Notes: generated by a model from the sequence alone, not told the origin. Positions 38,170-48,893 are shown, counted from the first letter of the stretch. The stretch: DNA of 64,000 bases from Spirochaetia bacterium (GCA_965198005.1 CBDAOI010000004.1:288001-352000), one strand, 5' to 3'. A program made the numbers and translations.

Positions 38170-39774
38170 TCAGCCGCGCTGGGGGCGGTCGAGGGAGTCG
38201 TTGCGGTAGTGGCTGCCGAGGCTGCGCGGGTTGCGCAGCGCGGCGTAGGTCACCAGCAGCGCGGTCTGGACGGCGTTGCGCAGGGTGAGCAGGCGCGGCG
38301 TGAGGCGGTTGTCGGCGTAGAAGCTGTCGACCTCGCTCTTCAGCTCGCGCAGCAGGTTGGTGGCGCGGTCCAGCCGCTTGCCGGTGCGCACCAGCCCCAC
38401 GTAGTTCCACATGGTGTTGCGGATCAGGCTGAGGTCCTGGGTGACCAGCTCGTCGTCGGGCTCGGCGCCGGGCATCTCCCACGAGCGCACCTCGGGCAGG
38501 TGGAAGCCGGCGCCGCCGGCGATCTCGGCCGCGTGCTGCCGGGCGGCGCCGGTGCCCATCACCACGCACTCCAGCAGCGAGGTGCTGGCCAGCCGGTTGG
38601 CCCCGTGCAGCCCGGTGCAGGCGGTCTCGCCGATGGCGCTGAGGTGGGCGATGTTGGTGTTGCCGGCCATGTCGGTGTGGATGCCGCCGCAGGCGTAGTG
38701 GGCGGCGGGCACTACCGGGATCGGCGCGCGCGTCATGTCCACTCCGGCGGCCAGCAGGCGCGCGTTAATGGTAGGGAAACGGCTGCGCGCGTAGTCGGGG
38801 TCGACCTTGGCCAGGTCGATGTAGACCGAGTCGCTGGCGCTCCTGAGCAGCTCGGTGTGGATCGAGCGCGCGATCACGTCGCGCGGCGCCAGCGAACCCT
38901 GGGGATGGTAGCGCTCCATGAACGCCGTGCCCTCGTGGTTGACCAGCACCCCGCCCTCGCCCCGCACCGCCTCCGACACCAGGAACGGGCGTTCTCCCGG
39001 ACGGTGGAACACGGTGGGATGGAACTGCACGTACTCCAGGTCGATCACCCGCGCGCCCACCCGGTAGGCCATGGCGATGCCGTGGCCGAAGGCGCCGGTG
39101 TCGTTGGTGCTGTGCAGGTAGATCTGGCCGAGTCCACCGGTGGCCAGCACCGTCTTCCTGGCCACGATGGCGCGCACCTGCCCCTGCCCGGCGTCCAGCA
39201 CGTAGGCGCCGATGCAACTCAACGGGCGGTAGCGGTCGAGGAAGTCCACCGAGCTGTGCGAGAGCGTGAGCAGGTCGACCGCGAATGTCCCGGTGGCCAG
39301 CGTCAGGCTGCCGCCGGCGGGGAGCGGACCGGCGGCAGCCAGCTCCGCCAGGCGGGCGTGGAGGGCGCCGAGGATGGCGCGGCCGGTGTGGTCCTTGGCG
39401 TAGATGATGCGGTGGCGGGAGTGGGACGCCTCGCGGGTGAACCTGAGCGCCCCGCCGGCGTCGCGATCGAAGGCGACCTGAAGGTCCTCGATCAGCAGCT
39501 CGCGCACCACGCGCGGCCCCTGGTCGATCAGGGTGTCCACCGCCGCGGGGTTGGCGGAGTGGGCGCTGGCGGCGTCGAGGTCGGCGCGTAGCAGGTCGCC
39601 GTCCTCCTGGTCGAAGATGATGCCCCCCTGCGCCCACAGACTGTTGCTCGCCTGCAGCTCCTCGGCGCCGGTGATCAGGGTGACGTGGAGGCCGGCGCGG
39701 GCCGCCTGCAGCGCGTAGACCGCGCCCGCCACGCCGGCGCCGATCACCAGGCAGTCGGTGCGGGTGGTGGTCAT
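38170..39774 (-). CDS. nadB: L-aspartate oxidase
   Basis: IGAGVAG, AQGG, QFHPT, SEAVRGEG, HYACGG, GLHGANRLASTSLLE; start MTTTRTD overlaps the nadC stop. Confidence 0.95.
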   Translation of the reverse strand: MTTTRTDCLVIGAGVAGAVYALQAARAGLHVTLITGAEELQASNSLWAQGGIIFDQEDGDLLRADLDAASAHSANPAAVDTLIDQGPRVVRELLIEDLQVAFDRDAGGALRFTREASHSRHRIIYAKDHTGRAILGALHARLAELAAAGPLPAGGSLTLATGTFAVDLLTLSHSSVDFLDRYRPLSCIGAYVLDAGQGQVRAIVARKTVLATGGLGQIYLHSTNDTGAFGHGIAMAYRVGARVIDLEYVQFHPTVFHRPGERPFLVSEAVRGEGGVLVNHEGTAFMERYHPQGSLAPRDVIARSIHTELLRSASDSVYIDLAKVDPDYARSRFPTINARLLAAGVDMTRAPIPVVPAAHYACGGIHTDMAGNTNIAHLSAIGETACTGLHGANRLASTSLLECVVMGTGAARQHAAEIAGGAGFHLPEVRSWEMPGAEPDDELVTQDLSLIRNTMWNYVGLVRTGKRLDRATNLLRELKSEVDSFYADNRLTPRLLTLRNAVQTALLVTYAALRNPRSLGSHYRNDSLDRPQRG

Positions 39775-40610
39775 CGCCGTTCCAGAAAGTCGAGCCCCAG
39801 GTCGGGCCGGCGCGCGGCGGCGGTGATCGCGCTGGTCGAGATCACCTGGGCGCCGGCCGCGGCGTAGGCGGCCAGCGACTCCAGCGTGACGCCGCCCGAT
39901 ACCTCGACGAGCGCCCGGCCGGCCACCACGGCGACCGCCGCGCGCACCGTCTCCGGGCTCATGTTGTCGAGCAGAATGACGTCGGCCCCGGCGGCCACCG
40001 CCTCCTGCACCTGCGCCAGGGTGTCGGTCTCCACCTCGATGCGGGCGACGTGGGGTGCCCGCGCCCGCGCCCGGCGCACCGCGGCGGTGATGCCGCCCGC
40101 CACCGCGACGTGGTTGTCCTTGATCAGCACGCAGTCGGCCAGCGAGGCGCGGTGGTTGCGGCCGCCGCCGCAGCGCACCGCGTACTTCTCCAGCTCGCGC
40201 AGCCCGGGGGTGGTCTTGCGCGTCTCGCACACCACCGCCGCCGTTCCGCGCAGCCGCTCCACGTAGCCGCGGGTGGCGGTGGCGATGCCCGAAAGGTGCT
40301 GCAGCAGGTTGAGGGCGGTGCGTTCGGCGGCCAGGATCGGCTGCGCCCGCCCGGCCACGTACAGCACCCGCTCGCCGGCGTCCGCGGCGGCACCGTCGGC
40401 CAACGCCAGCTCCACGTTGAGGTCGGGGTCGAGCCGCCAGAACACGTGGGCCGCTAGCTCGCCGCCGCTCACCACCAGCGGCTCGCGCGCCACCACTGCC
40501 GCCCGGCACTCGGCGGCGGCGGGTATGACGGCCGAGCCGGTCACGTCCCCCAGTCCCAGGTCCTCCTCCAGCGCGTTTTCTATGACGCGCCGCGCGGAGA
40601 ATGGAATCAT
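39771..40610 (-). CDS. nadC: nicotinate-nucleotide diphosphorylase (QPRTase)
   Basis: TRKTTPG, NHR, LIKDNH, IEVE, LLDNM, EVSGG. Confidence 0.96.
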   Translation of the reverse strand: MIPFSARRVIENALEEDLGLGDVTGSAVIPAAAECRAAVVAREPLVVSGGELAAHVFWRLDPDLNVELALADGAAADAGERVLYVAGRAQPILAAERTALNLLQHLSGIATATRGYVERLRGTAAVVCETRKTTPGLRELEKYAVRCGGGRNHRASLADCVLIKDNHVAVAGGITAAVRRARARAPHVARIEVETDTLAQVQEAVAAGADVILLDNMSPETVRAAVAVVAGRALVEVSGGVTLESLAAYAAAGAQVISTSAITAAARRPDLGLDFLERR

Positions 40611-40626
40611 CTGTGCGCGCTCCTCT

Positions 40627-41700
40627 TCAGTCCGTGAGCTCGAACATGCGCTCGATGGAGCGCAGCGCCGCCACCCGCAGCGGCTCGTCGAGCTCGATGA
40701 TCTGGTGCGGCTGCGGGTCGACCAGCACGTCGCGGATCTTCTTGAGGCTGTTGAGCTTCATGTAGGGACACAGCCGGCAGGAGCCGATGAACTGCTTGCC
40801 GGGGTTCTCCACCTCGACCCGGCTGACCAGCCCGCACTCGGTGAGCAGCATGAAGTAGGTGGCGTCGGTGGCGCGCACGTACTCCATCATCTTGCCGGTG
40901 CTGCCCACGAAGTCGCTGGCCGCGGTGACGTCGGTGGGACACTCCGGGTGGCTCACCACCTTGACCCCGGGGTAGCGGGCGCGCGCCTCGGCGATCGCCT
41001 TGACCGTGAACTGATCGTGCACCAGGCAGGTGCCGTCGGAGCTGTGGATCACCTTGTCGCTGCCGCGCGCGGCCAGTTCGCGGCGGATGTTGGCGGCCAT
41101 CAGGCGGTCGGGCACGAACAGGACCTCGCGCTGCGGCAGACGTTCGATGATCGAGTAGACGTTGCCGGAGGTGACGCACACGTCGCTGGCCGCCTTCACC
41201 TCGGCGGAGCTGTTGACGTAGCACACCACCGCCGCCTCCGGGTGGCGCGTCTTCAGCGCCCGCAGCTCGGCGCCCGTGAGGGAGTCGGCCAGGGAGCAGC
41301 CGGAGGCGATGTCGGGCACCACCACCAGCGCGTCGGGGCACAGGATCTTGGCGGTCTCGGCCATGAAGACCACGCCGGCGAACACGATCACGTCGGCTTC
41401 GGAGTTGCGCGCCTCCAGGCTCAGCGCGTACGAGTCGCTCTTGAAGTCGGCCACGCCGTACACGATCTCCGGGTTGACGTAGGAGTGAGCCAGGATGATG
41501 GCGTTCTTCTCCGCCTTGATGCGGTTGATTTCGTAGGTGAGAGGGGCGACCTCGTAGCAGCGCTCCAAAGTCCATTGGGCACCGGGCTGACACTCGACGT
41601 GCAACAGATTCGAGAACAGCCGTTCCGCTTCCTGTGCCACTGCGCCGGTAGGCATTTCGCGTGACCGTCGACCGTCTAGATACTCAGGCTTGGCGACCAT
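40627..41700 (-). CDS. nadA: quinolinate synthase
   Basis: ILAHSY, FMAETAKIL, GCSLA, YVNS, HPEC, GST, CPYMK. Confidence 0.95.
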   Translation of the reverse strand: MVAKPEYLDGRRSREMPTGAVAQEAERLFSNLLHVECQPGAQWTLERCYEVAPLTYEINRIKAEKNAIILAHSYVNPEIVYGVADFKSDSYALSLEARNSEADVIVFAGVVFMAETAKILCPDALVVVPDIASGCSLADSLTGAELRALKTRHPEAAVVCYVNSSAEVKAASDVCVTSGNVYSIIERLPQREVLFVPDRLMAANIRRELAARGSDKVIHSSDGTCLVHDQFTVKAIAEARARYPGVKVVSHPECPTDVTAASDFVGSTGKMMEYVRATDATYFMLLTECGLVSRVEVENPGKQFIGSCRLCPYMKLNSLKKIRDVLVDPQPHQIIELDEPLRVAALRSIERMFELTD

Positions 41701-41764
41701 GTCAACGGCGCGCCGCAGGGGGGCAGCTCAGGGCGACAGGGGCCGGCCGGCGGCGGTGACTCCG

Positions 41765-41871
41765 CTACCAGAGGCGCGTCACGGCATACGCGTCGAATGC
41801 CTCGAATACCGGGGCGCCGCCGCGTGTTCCACGAACTACAGCACTGTATGGGTATCGAGCAGGAGCGTCAT
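41765..41871 (-). pseudogene. VapC/PIN toxin reduced to its two termini
   Basis: MTLLLDTHTVL* then FDAYAVTRLW*; ATGA coupling to the antitoxin. Confidence 0.72.
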
Positions 41872-42104
41872 TTGCGGTAGTCGGCGAAGTCGTCCAACGG
41901 CGCGTCGAAGTCCGGCGCGACGTAGGTAAACGTCCCCCTGACGAAACCGGCCCGGCGCGCATGGCTTGGCGGCGCTACGGGCCTGAGCTCCGCGATCCGT
42001 TTGCCGCGGCGGGTCAGGTAGAAGGTCTTGCCCTCGAGCACCTGATTCAACAGCGCCGACAGGTTGGTCTTCGCTTCCAAAGTGCCGATCTCTTCCACGT
42101 ACAT
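41868..42104 (-). CDS. Phd/YefM antitoxin
   Basis: EAKTNLSALL...TRRGKRIAEL...DFDAPLDDF; CATGACAG repeats at its start. Confidence 0.85.
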   Translation of the reverse strand: MYVEEIGTLEAKTNLSALLNQVLEGKTFYLTRRGKRIAELRPVAPPSHARRAGFVRGTFTYVAPDFDAPLDDFADYRK

Positions 42105-42153
42105 GACAGCATGACAGTAACATAACATAGTCAGCAACGGTCGGTTTGCCGGG

Positions 42154-43365
42154 TTAGCTCACGGCGCGGCGGTAGAGGCGCACGGCCAGCGGCGCGGCCA
42201 CCACCAGGATGGCGAGCGACCACAGCACGGCGGCGGTGACCTCGCCGGCCACCGTCTGAGAGGGCGCCAGCGCACCCTCGCCGAGGATCAGGCCGCGCAC
42301 GGCGTTGGCGGTGCGGGTAACCCCGGCTGATGGTCGGCGAACACGCGCAGCCAGCCCGGCAGCGTTTCGGTCGGCACGAATATCGAGCTGGCGAACACCA
42401 TTGGAAAGATCGGAATCATGGCCGCCGGCTGCGCTGCCTCGGAGTTCTTGACGCTCAGACCGACGCAGGCCATCACCCACGACAGGGCAAAGGCGAACAT
42501 CATCGCCACCAGCAGCCCGCCGACCAGCGGCACGAACGAGGTCTGTGGTCGGAAGCCGAGCACGTAGCCCAACACGAACACCAGCCCGAGCACGAAGATG
42601 TTGCGGATCAGATCGGCGACCGTGCGCCCGGCGAGCACCGCGGAGCGCGCCATCGGCAGCGACCGGAAACGGTCGATCACGCCGTTGTTGAGGTCTTCGA
42701 TCAGCCCCATCCCGGTCTGGGTGGAACCGAACGCGGCCATCTGCAGCAGCACCCCCGGCAGCAGCCAGTTGAGGTACTGGCCGCCGGCCGCGGCCGGAAT
42801 CGAGCGGCCCACCGCGCCGCCGACGGCCACGGCGGCCGCGCTGGCCGCCGCCCTTACCGGGATCCGCAGGCGCGGTGGCGCGCCCGGTCAGCGCGATGAA
42901 CACATCGTCGAGCGTCGGGCGGCGCAGGCCGATGTCGGTGGGCGTGATGCCGGCGGCGTCGAGCGTGCGCACCGCGGCCACCAGGGAGGCCGGACCCTCC
43001 GGGGCGGGCAGGGTGATGGGTCCCTCCGCGCCGCGCTTCGAGCCGTGCTCTGACAGCCGCCCGACCATTTCCACCGCCTCGCGGCCGGTCAGGTACTCGT
43101 CCACGGCGGCGAACTGGCCGGCCAGGCCGATGCGGTTGCGGACCGCCACCGGGTCGCGCACCACGTCGATGCCGGCCACGGTCGCGGTGCCGCCGTCCGG
43201 CCGCAGCAGCGTCGCCAGGACGCGGATCAGCGTGGTCTTGCCGGCGCCGTTCGGCCCCAGCAGGGCGTAGATGACGCCGGCCTCGATCTCCAGGCTGACC
43301 CCGGCCAGGGCCTGGATGTTGCCGAACCGCTTTTCGACCTGATCGGCGTGCACGACGGGTTGCAT
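42154..43365 (-). pseudogene. DrrAB-like ABC-2 exporter (ATPase + permease) collapsed by deletions and a frameshift
   Basis: GPNGAGKTT present but signature/Walker B absent; permease lacks its N-terminus (DRFRSLP retained). Confidence 0.8.
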
Positions 43366-43469
43366 CCGACGATCCGCGGCAAAGATACGCAATCGGGAGA
43401 TGCGGCGTCGCTGACTTCCTGGTATGGAAAGGTCCAATACTGATTATTCCATGGAGCCATTTTGATGCC

Positions 43470-43706
43470 ATGAGAGACCTCCACCAACTGCTGCCCGAGG
43501 TTGCTCCCGACCGCAGTTCCGGGGAGCCGCTGTATCGACAGATCTACCGGAGTCTGCGCGCCGCGATCCTGGCGGGGCGGCTCGAGCCCGGCACGCGCCT
43601 CCCTTCGAGCCGGGCCGCGGCGCTGGAGCTCGGAGTAGCGAGAAACACGGTGATCGCGGTCTTCGAGCAGCTCGCCGACGAGGGCTTCGTCTCGTCGCGG
43701 GTGTAG
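43470..43706 (+). pseudogene. MocR/GntR regulator, HTH domain only
   Basis: PLYRQIY...RLPSSR...ARNTV...LADEGF then stop; PLP domain missing. Confidence 0.75.
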
Positions 43707-43797
43707 ATTTCGGGTGAAGCAATGAAGCAAGAGCAATGCGCGCTATTGACGATCCGTGTCGCATCGTCAATAATGAGAATAATGAGCGGTAACCTAC

Positions 43798-44361
43798 GTG
43801 CACGGAATGCTGCAGCGTGCCGGCTTTCCGATTTCCCAAGCGATCTCCACCTTCGACGTCAAACACGCCTGCGCCAGCGGTGCGATCGCCTTGTTGAGCG
43901 TGGGCGCCATGCTGGGCGCGAGTCGTGCCGGTGGGGAGCGCGGTCTGATCATCTGCACCGACGAAGCGCGCTACGCGCCGGGCAGCAAGGCGGAGATCAC
44001 GCAGGGTGCGGCGGCGGTGGCCATCCTGGCGGAACCCGCCCCGCGCCTGCTTGCTATTGACTTGGGAGACGTAGGCTATTCCTCGCACGACGTAGACGAC
44101 TTCTTTCGCCCCCTCGGATCGCTTACGGCCCAGGTAAAGGGCCGCTTCTCCATCGAGTGCTACCAGACCACGGTCGAGGAGGCGCTGCTCGATCTGTGCG
44201 CCCGCACCGGGCGCAGCATGCCGGAGCTGCTGAGCTTGGCGGCGCTGCTGGCGGCACGCTGCCGGGAACTGCCGCTGGAGACCGAGATCCCCGCGCGCAG
44301 CTTCTACTTGCAGGAGGTTCGTGCCGACGGGTACCGCGTGTATGGGCTCCGGGGCGGGTGA
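43798..44361 (+). pseudogene. hydroxymethylglutaryl-CoA synthase remnant
   Basis: DVKHACASG, TDEARY, EITQGAAAVA, DDFFRP; N-terminus and middle missing. Confidence 0.75.
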
Positions 44362-44365
44362 GGGA

Positions 44366-46603
44366 ATGACTGCGCAACGCTCCGGAGACACCGAGATTGC
44401 GCTCCGCAAGGAGCATCATCTCGACATCTGTCTCGACGATCAACGCTACCCCGATCCCGCACCCATGGGCACCAGCCTCGATCAGGTGCAGTTCCTGCAC
44501 CAGGCACTGCCGGAGTTGGACAGCGCCCGGGTGGACACGACCCAACCGTTTCTGCACGCAACGTTGCGCCTGCCGCTGATGATCTCCTGCATGACCGGCG
44601 GGTCCGGGCGCGGCCGATCCGCCAACCGGGCGCTGGCCGCAGCCGCGCAGCGGGCGGGCGTTGCCGTAGGGCTGGGGTCGATCCGCCCACTGCTGCAGGA
44701 CGAGGCCACCTTCGGGGACTTCCACGTCAAGCCGCTGGCGCCGGACGTGCCGGTGCTGGCCAACCTCGGGGCGGTGCAACTCCGCGACCTGCACGTCCAC
44801 ACCGTGCGCCGGGTGCTGCAGCGTCTGGAGGTGCAGGCGTTGGTGGTGCATCTCAACGCCGGTCAGGAGCTGTTCCAGCCAGACGGCGACCGTGACTTCT
44901 GTGGCCTGTTGGGCGCCATCGAGCGCGTCACCGGAGAGTGCGGGCTGCCGGTGATCGTCAAGGAGACCGGATTCGGGATTCGGCCGGGGCTGGTGCGATC
45001 CCTGCTCGGCTGCGGCGTGCAGTACGTAGATCTGGCCGGCGCCGACGGCACCAATTGGGTAACGGTGGAGGGCCGGCGGCTGCCGGAGAGCCGCCAGGCG
45101 AGCGCCGAGACGTTTGCGGGGTGGGGCCTGCCTACCGGGGTGCTGCTGGCGCTTCTCCGAGACGTGGCCGGCAGCGTGATCGCTTCCGGCGGACTGCGTC
45201 ACGGGGTGCACCTGGCCAAGGCGGTGGCGATGGGCGCGGCCTGCGGCGCCATGGCCCTTCCCTTCATCCGCGCCGTCATGGCCGACGGCAGCGACGGCGC
45301 ACTGGCCCTGATCCACCGGGTCGAGCATGAGCTGAGGACCGCCATGACGCTGTGCGGTGCAACCTCGTTGGCCGCACTACGGCAGGCGCCCGTGCTCCAA
45401 TCGGCGTCCTTCCGGCACCAAGTGGCGGAACTCAAGCACGCCGACTCGGCGTTTCCCGCCTGCCACCGGCCGACGCGGAATGCAATAACGGCAGCGGCAG
45501 CGTTACGAGAACGGGCGAGCGACGATATCGCCTATCAGACAGGAATCCTGCCGGGTGTCTCGCGGACCTTCGCACTGACCATTCCCCAGCTACCCGAGCA
45601 GCTACGCCAGGTCGTCTGCAATACCTACCTCCTGTGTCGAATCGCGGACACGGTCGAAGACGAGCCGGAGCTTTCCGCGCCGCAGAAGCAGGAGTTCCTG
45701 TCCCGCCTGGTCCGCGTGGTGACCGGCCACCAAGAGCCAGAGTCGTTCGCGCGCGAGCTTCATCCTCTGCTGTCGTCCGCAACCCTGCCAAGCGAACGGG
45801 ATCTGGTTGCCAATACGCCCCGGATCGTCCGCATCACGCACCAGCTCCGTCCGGTTCAGCGCAACGCCGTGGAACGTTGCGTGTCCATCATGGCGCACGG
45901 CATGGCGGAGTTTCAGCACATGGCGACACTCGGCGGCTTGGCCGACCAGGCGCACCTCGATCGCTACTGCTATTACGTCGCCGGGGTCGTGGGAGAGACC
46001 CTCACCGAGCTGTTCTGTGACTACTCCGACGAAATCAACCAGCGTCGAGACGATCTGTTCCGGCTGTCGGTCGCGTTCGGCCAAGGATTGCAGATGACCA
46101 ACATCCTCAAGGACGTGTGGACCGATCGTCTTGTCGGGTCTTGCTGGCTGCCGCAGGACATCTTTCGCTCGACCGGGTTCGAACTTCGATCGTTGCCCAG
46201 CGGACGCTCGGATCCCAGATTCGCCGCGGGGATGCTCGATCTGGTGGCGGTCGCCTCCCGGCATCTGGAGGACGCGTTGCGATTCACCCTTCTCATTCCG
46301 GCCCGCGAGACCGGCATCCGCCGATTCTGCCTCTGGGCGCTGGGTATGGCCGTGCTCAGTCTCCGCCGCATCTACGCCCAACCGGACTTTGCCGAGGCGA
46401 GCCAAGTAAAGATCACCCGCCGCAGTGTGCGCGCGACCATGATCGCCGGCAGCGCACTGGCCGGCTCGGACCCGGCACTGAGGATGCTCTTCCGATCGCT
46501 CACGCGAAAGATTCGCAGGCGCCCCGGAAGCCGGAACGCGTGTTGTCTGCGTCCAGGCGAAACTAGCGCCGAGGAGGTGACCAGCGATGGCCATGCCGTC
46601 TGA
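44366..46603 (+). CDS. fni: type 2 IPP isomerase fused in frame to squalene/phytoene synthase
   Basis: RKEHHL, SCMTGG, HLN..QE, VKETGFG, ASGG; then VSRTFALTI, CRIADTVED, YCYYVAGVVG, GLQMTNILKD. Confidence 0.85.
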   Translation: MTAQRSGDTEIALRKEHHLDICLDDQRYPDPAPMGTSLDQVQFLHQALPELDSARVDTTQPFLHATLRLPLMISCMTGGSGRGRSANRALAAAAQRAGVAVGLGSIRPLLQDEATFGDFHVKPLAPDVPVLANLGAVQLRDLHVHTVRRVLQRLEVQALVVHLNAGQELFQPDGDRDFCGLLGAIERVTGECGLPVIVKETGFGIRPGLVRSLLGCGVQYVDLAGADGTNWVTVEGRRLPESRQASAETFAGWGLPTGVLLALLRDVAGSVIASGGLRHGVHLAKAVAMGAACGAMALPFIRAVMADGSDGALALIHRVEHELRTAMTLCGATSLAALRQAPVLQSASFRHQVAELKHADSAFPACHRPTRNAITAAAALRERASDDIAYQTGILPGVSRTFALTIPQLPEQLRQVVCNTYLLCRIADTVEDEPELSAPQKQEFLSRLVRVVTGHQEPESFARELHPLLSSATLPSERDLVANTPRIVRITHQLRPVQRNAVERCVSIMAHGMAEFQHMATLGGLADQAHLDRYCYYVAGVVGETLTELFCDYSDEINQRRDDLFRLSVAFGQGLQMTNILKDVWTDRLVGSCWLPQDIFRSTGFELRSLPSGRSDPRFAAGMLDLVAVASRHLEDALRFTLLIPARETGIRRFCLWALGMAVLSLRRIYAQPDFAEASQVKITRRSVRATMIAGSALAGSDPALRMLFRSLTRKIRRRPGSRNACCLRPGETSAEEVTSDGHAV

Positions 46604-46865
46604 TTACATCTCGGGTTACGAGAACGCATGCGCTATCGATGCTCGGATGGCATCGAACTACGTCGCGCACACGCTCGTCGGAGATCCCGCCGCGGACGAG
46701 TTGGTGGCAAGCCTCGCCTCACGTCAGCCGGAAGAATCGGCACGGCTCGTGCGTACGGCAATGAACGATCCGGACGATCCTGCGCTCCGCGGTGCTCCGT
46801 CCATCTCCGGCGCGGGGGGCTCAAGGTTGCTCCCGGCAGGTTGCCTCGCCCGCCTGGGATTCTAG
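46593..46865 (+). pseudogene. N-terminal fragment of an MpaB/DUF2236-like oxygenase
   Basis: MPSDYISGYE...NYVAHTLVGDPAADEL...ALRGAP then unrelated sequence. Confidence 0.55.
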
Positions 46866-47297
46866 CAGTCCCGGACGAACTTTCTACTCTCTAAAGGGTA
46901 CAGGGGGGGGTAGGATCGGCTGCGTCACCGCCAGCCGGTCGATGCTGGAAATCGAGTGCTCTCTGGGCAACACTTGTCGGTCCGGTCCGACCCAGCGATC
47001 CGGCATCCGAAGGGAGGCGCATATCAGGCCGATGACGTTCTGTTCCGGTATGCACCTGACCAAGGGCGCCTACCCCGCCGGGCGGTCCGTGCGCCACGCC
47101 CGAAGCGCCGCGACCAGAGACTCTGCCGACTCAGTGCGTTACACTTTCCGCCGCTGCCCTCCGGCAGCGAGAGTATAAGTAAGGCGCGCGGAGCACCGTC
47201 GGTTCGAATTCTGCGTTGCCGGCCTTCACCGAAATCGGCCGTTACGCCGGTGGTGGCGTACGGCCGCCCTGCCCTATAGTGAGAGCGGTGACTGGCC

Positions 47298-47561
47298 GTG
47301 CCGTACCCGGATGCCATCCTTACTCCACATGCCCAATCCCAGATGCGACGTCGCGGAGTCACCGAGACGGACGTTCGTGTGGTGCTCGCATCACCGGAGC
47401 AGGTGCTGGAAGTGCGACCAAATCGTGTCGTGTTGCAGTCTCGCGTGAACCTCGGTTCGACTGCGCAGCTGATCCGCGTGTTTGTCGACGTCGATCGAGT
47501 GCCCGAGGAGGTGGTAACGGTGTATCTCACGAGCCGAGTCGACAAGTACTGGGAGGCGTGA
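47298..47561 (+). CDS. DUF4258 (RelE-like) toxin
   Basis: TPHAQSQMRRRGV...VVTVYLTS..DKYW. Confidence 0.8.
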   Translation: MPYPDAILTPHAQSQMRRRGVTETDVRVVLASPEQVLEVRPNRVVLQSRVNLGSTAQLIRVFVDVDRVPEEVVTVYLTSRVDKYWEA

Positions 47562-47568
47562 ACGAACC

Positions 47569-47769
47569 ATGAAAGCGACGTATGACGTCAAGACAGACTC
47601 GTTGACCGTGATCCTCAAGGAGAATGCCGCGATCGCGGAGAGCGACGAAGACAAGCCTGGTGTGATCCTTGATTACGACGAACACGGCAATCTTGTGTCA
47701 CTCGAGATTCTCGATGCATCCCGACGCGTGACTCAAGCGCAGAAGATGGAGTTCCAGACTACCGAGTAG
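47569..47769 (+). CDS. DUF2283 antitoxin
   Basis: YDVKTDSL...ILDYDEHGNLVSLEILDAS. Confidence 0.88.
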   Translation: MKATYDVKTDSLTVILKENAAIAESDEDKPGVILDYDEHGNLVSLEILDASRRVTQAQKMEFQTTE

Positions 47770-48009
47770 AAACCGACAACGCAGAGATCGCACTAGCCTA
47801 TCCGACATCGACGAAACCCAATTGTCGCGCGTACGGTGAGCTCGTGTCGAAGGGGCCTTCGCGCTCCCTCTCGCCGCCCGGGGCGGAATGCCCTCGGGCA
47901 CCACCGCCGAGGCGAACAGTCCCTCGGCCCGGCAGCGTCGTGCGTGCCGGCCGAACGCGCAGCCGACGAACACCTCGTCGGGGCCGCACGCTGAGTGGGC
48001 CAGCGCCGC

Positions 48010-48733
48010 GCGGCTGGTCGACCAGCAACTCAAACAGGCGCACAGCCGGCTCGACGAACTGCTGGCCGAGATTGTGGCCGACGACGACTCGGGTGAACCA
48101 GAAGAGCAGCGTGACGCCGTCATCCTGCGTTCGATGCCCGGTGTTGGTCGGATCGTGCTCGCCACGCTGTTCGCGGAGGCCTCACAGCCTGTGGCTGAGC
48201 GAGACTACCACAGGTTGCGGATTCTGACCGGGGTGGCGCCGGTGACCAAGCGGTCGGGGAAGAGTTGCCAGGTGAGCATGCGCCGTGCCTGCAACCAGCG
48301 GCTGAGCAACGCGATGTATCACTGGGCGCGGGTGGCGATCCAGCACGATCCGGTGAGTCGGGAGCGGTATGCGGCGCTACGAGCGCGCGGGCAGCGCCAT
48401 GGCCGGGCGCTGCGTACGGTCGCGGACCGGTTGCTCGCGGTGGCGTGCGCGATGCTGCGTGACCGCACGGAACGACAACGGCGCTATCGAGAGCGTCGCA
48501 AGGCAGCGCAGCCCCGGGTGCAGTACCGCAGGCCGCAAGACCGCAGGTCCCGACCGCAGCAGGATGCGGTGGGCACCCTGCTCGACCTCCAGGGTGAGTA
48601 TCAAGCGTGGCTCGACCACTTGCCCGACAGTCTCCAGGAGTCCGCGCTCGCACAGCGGCTGGAGGCGATGTGCGGGCTTGATCTTGCCGAACTGGAGAGC
48701 GTCGAGCCGCCGCGCGGGTTTGGGCGCGACTGA
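48010..48733 (+). mobile_element. IS110 transposase C-terminal fragment fused to a transposon-associated small ORF
   Basis: LRSMPGVG, GVAPVTKRSGK, RRACN, ALRTVADRL; then ERQRRYR...PRGFGRD*. Confidence 0.75.
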
Positions 48734-48893
48734 GGGGGGTTCCGCAGCCCGCACCTCACGTCGTTCCTGACCTGCAAGCGCTGATCAGTGCCGGTCTCGG
48801 ATTGATGTTCGAGGTGGCACACGGGAGCCGGGGTGGCGGACCGCGCGGCGTCAGCGGTGTCAGCGGTGGTAGGAAACGGCTTTGACGGGCATT

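Noticed and set aside
38170-40509. 779-aa NadB with an N-terminal extension
   Set aside because: The extension is an alternative frame of nadC; the true start is 39774
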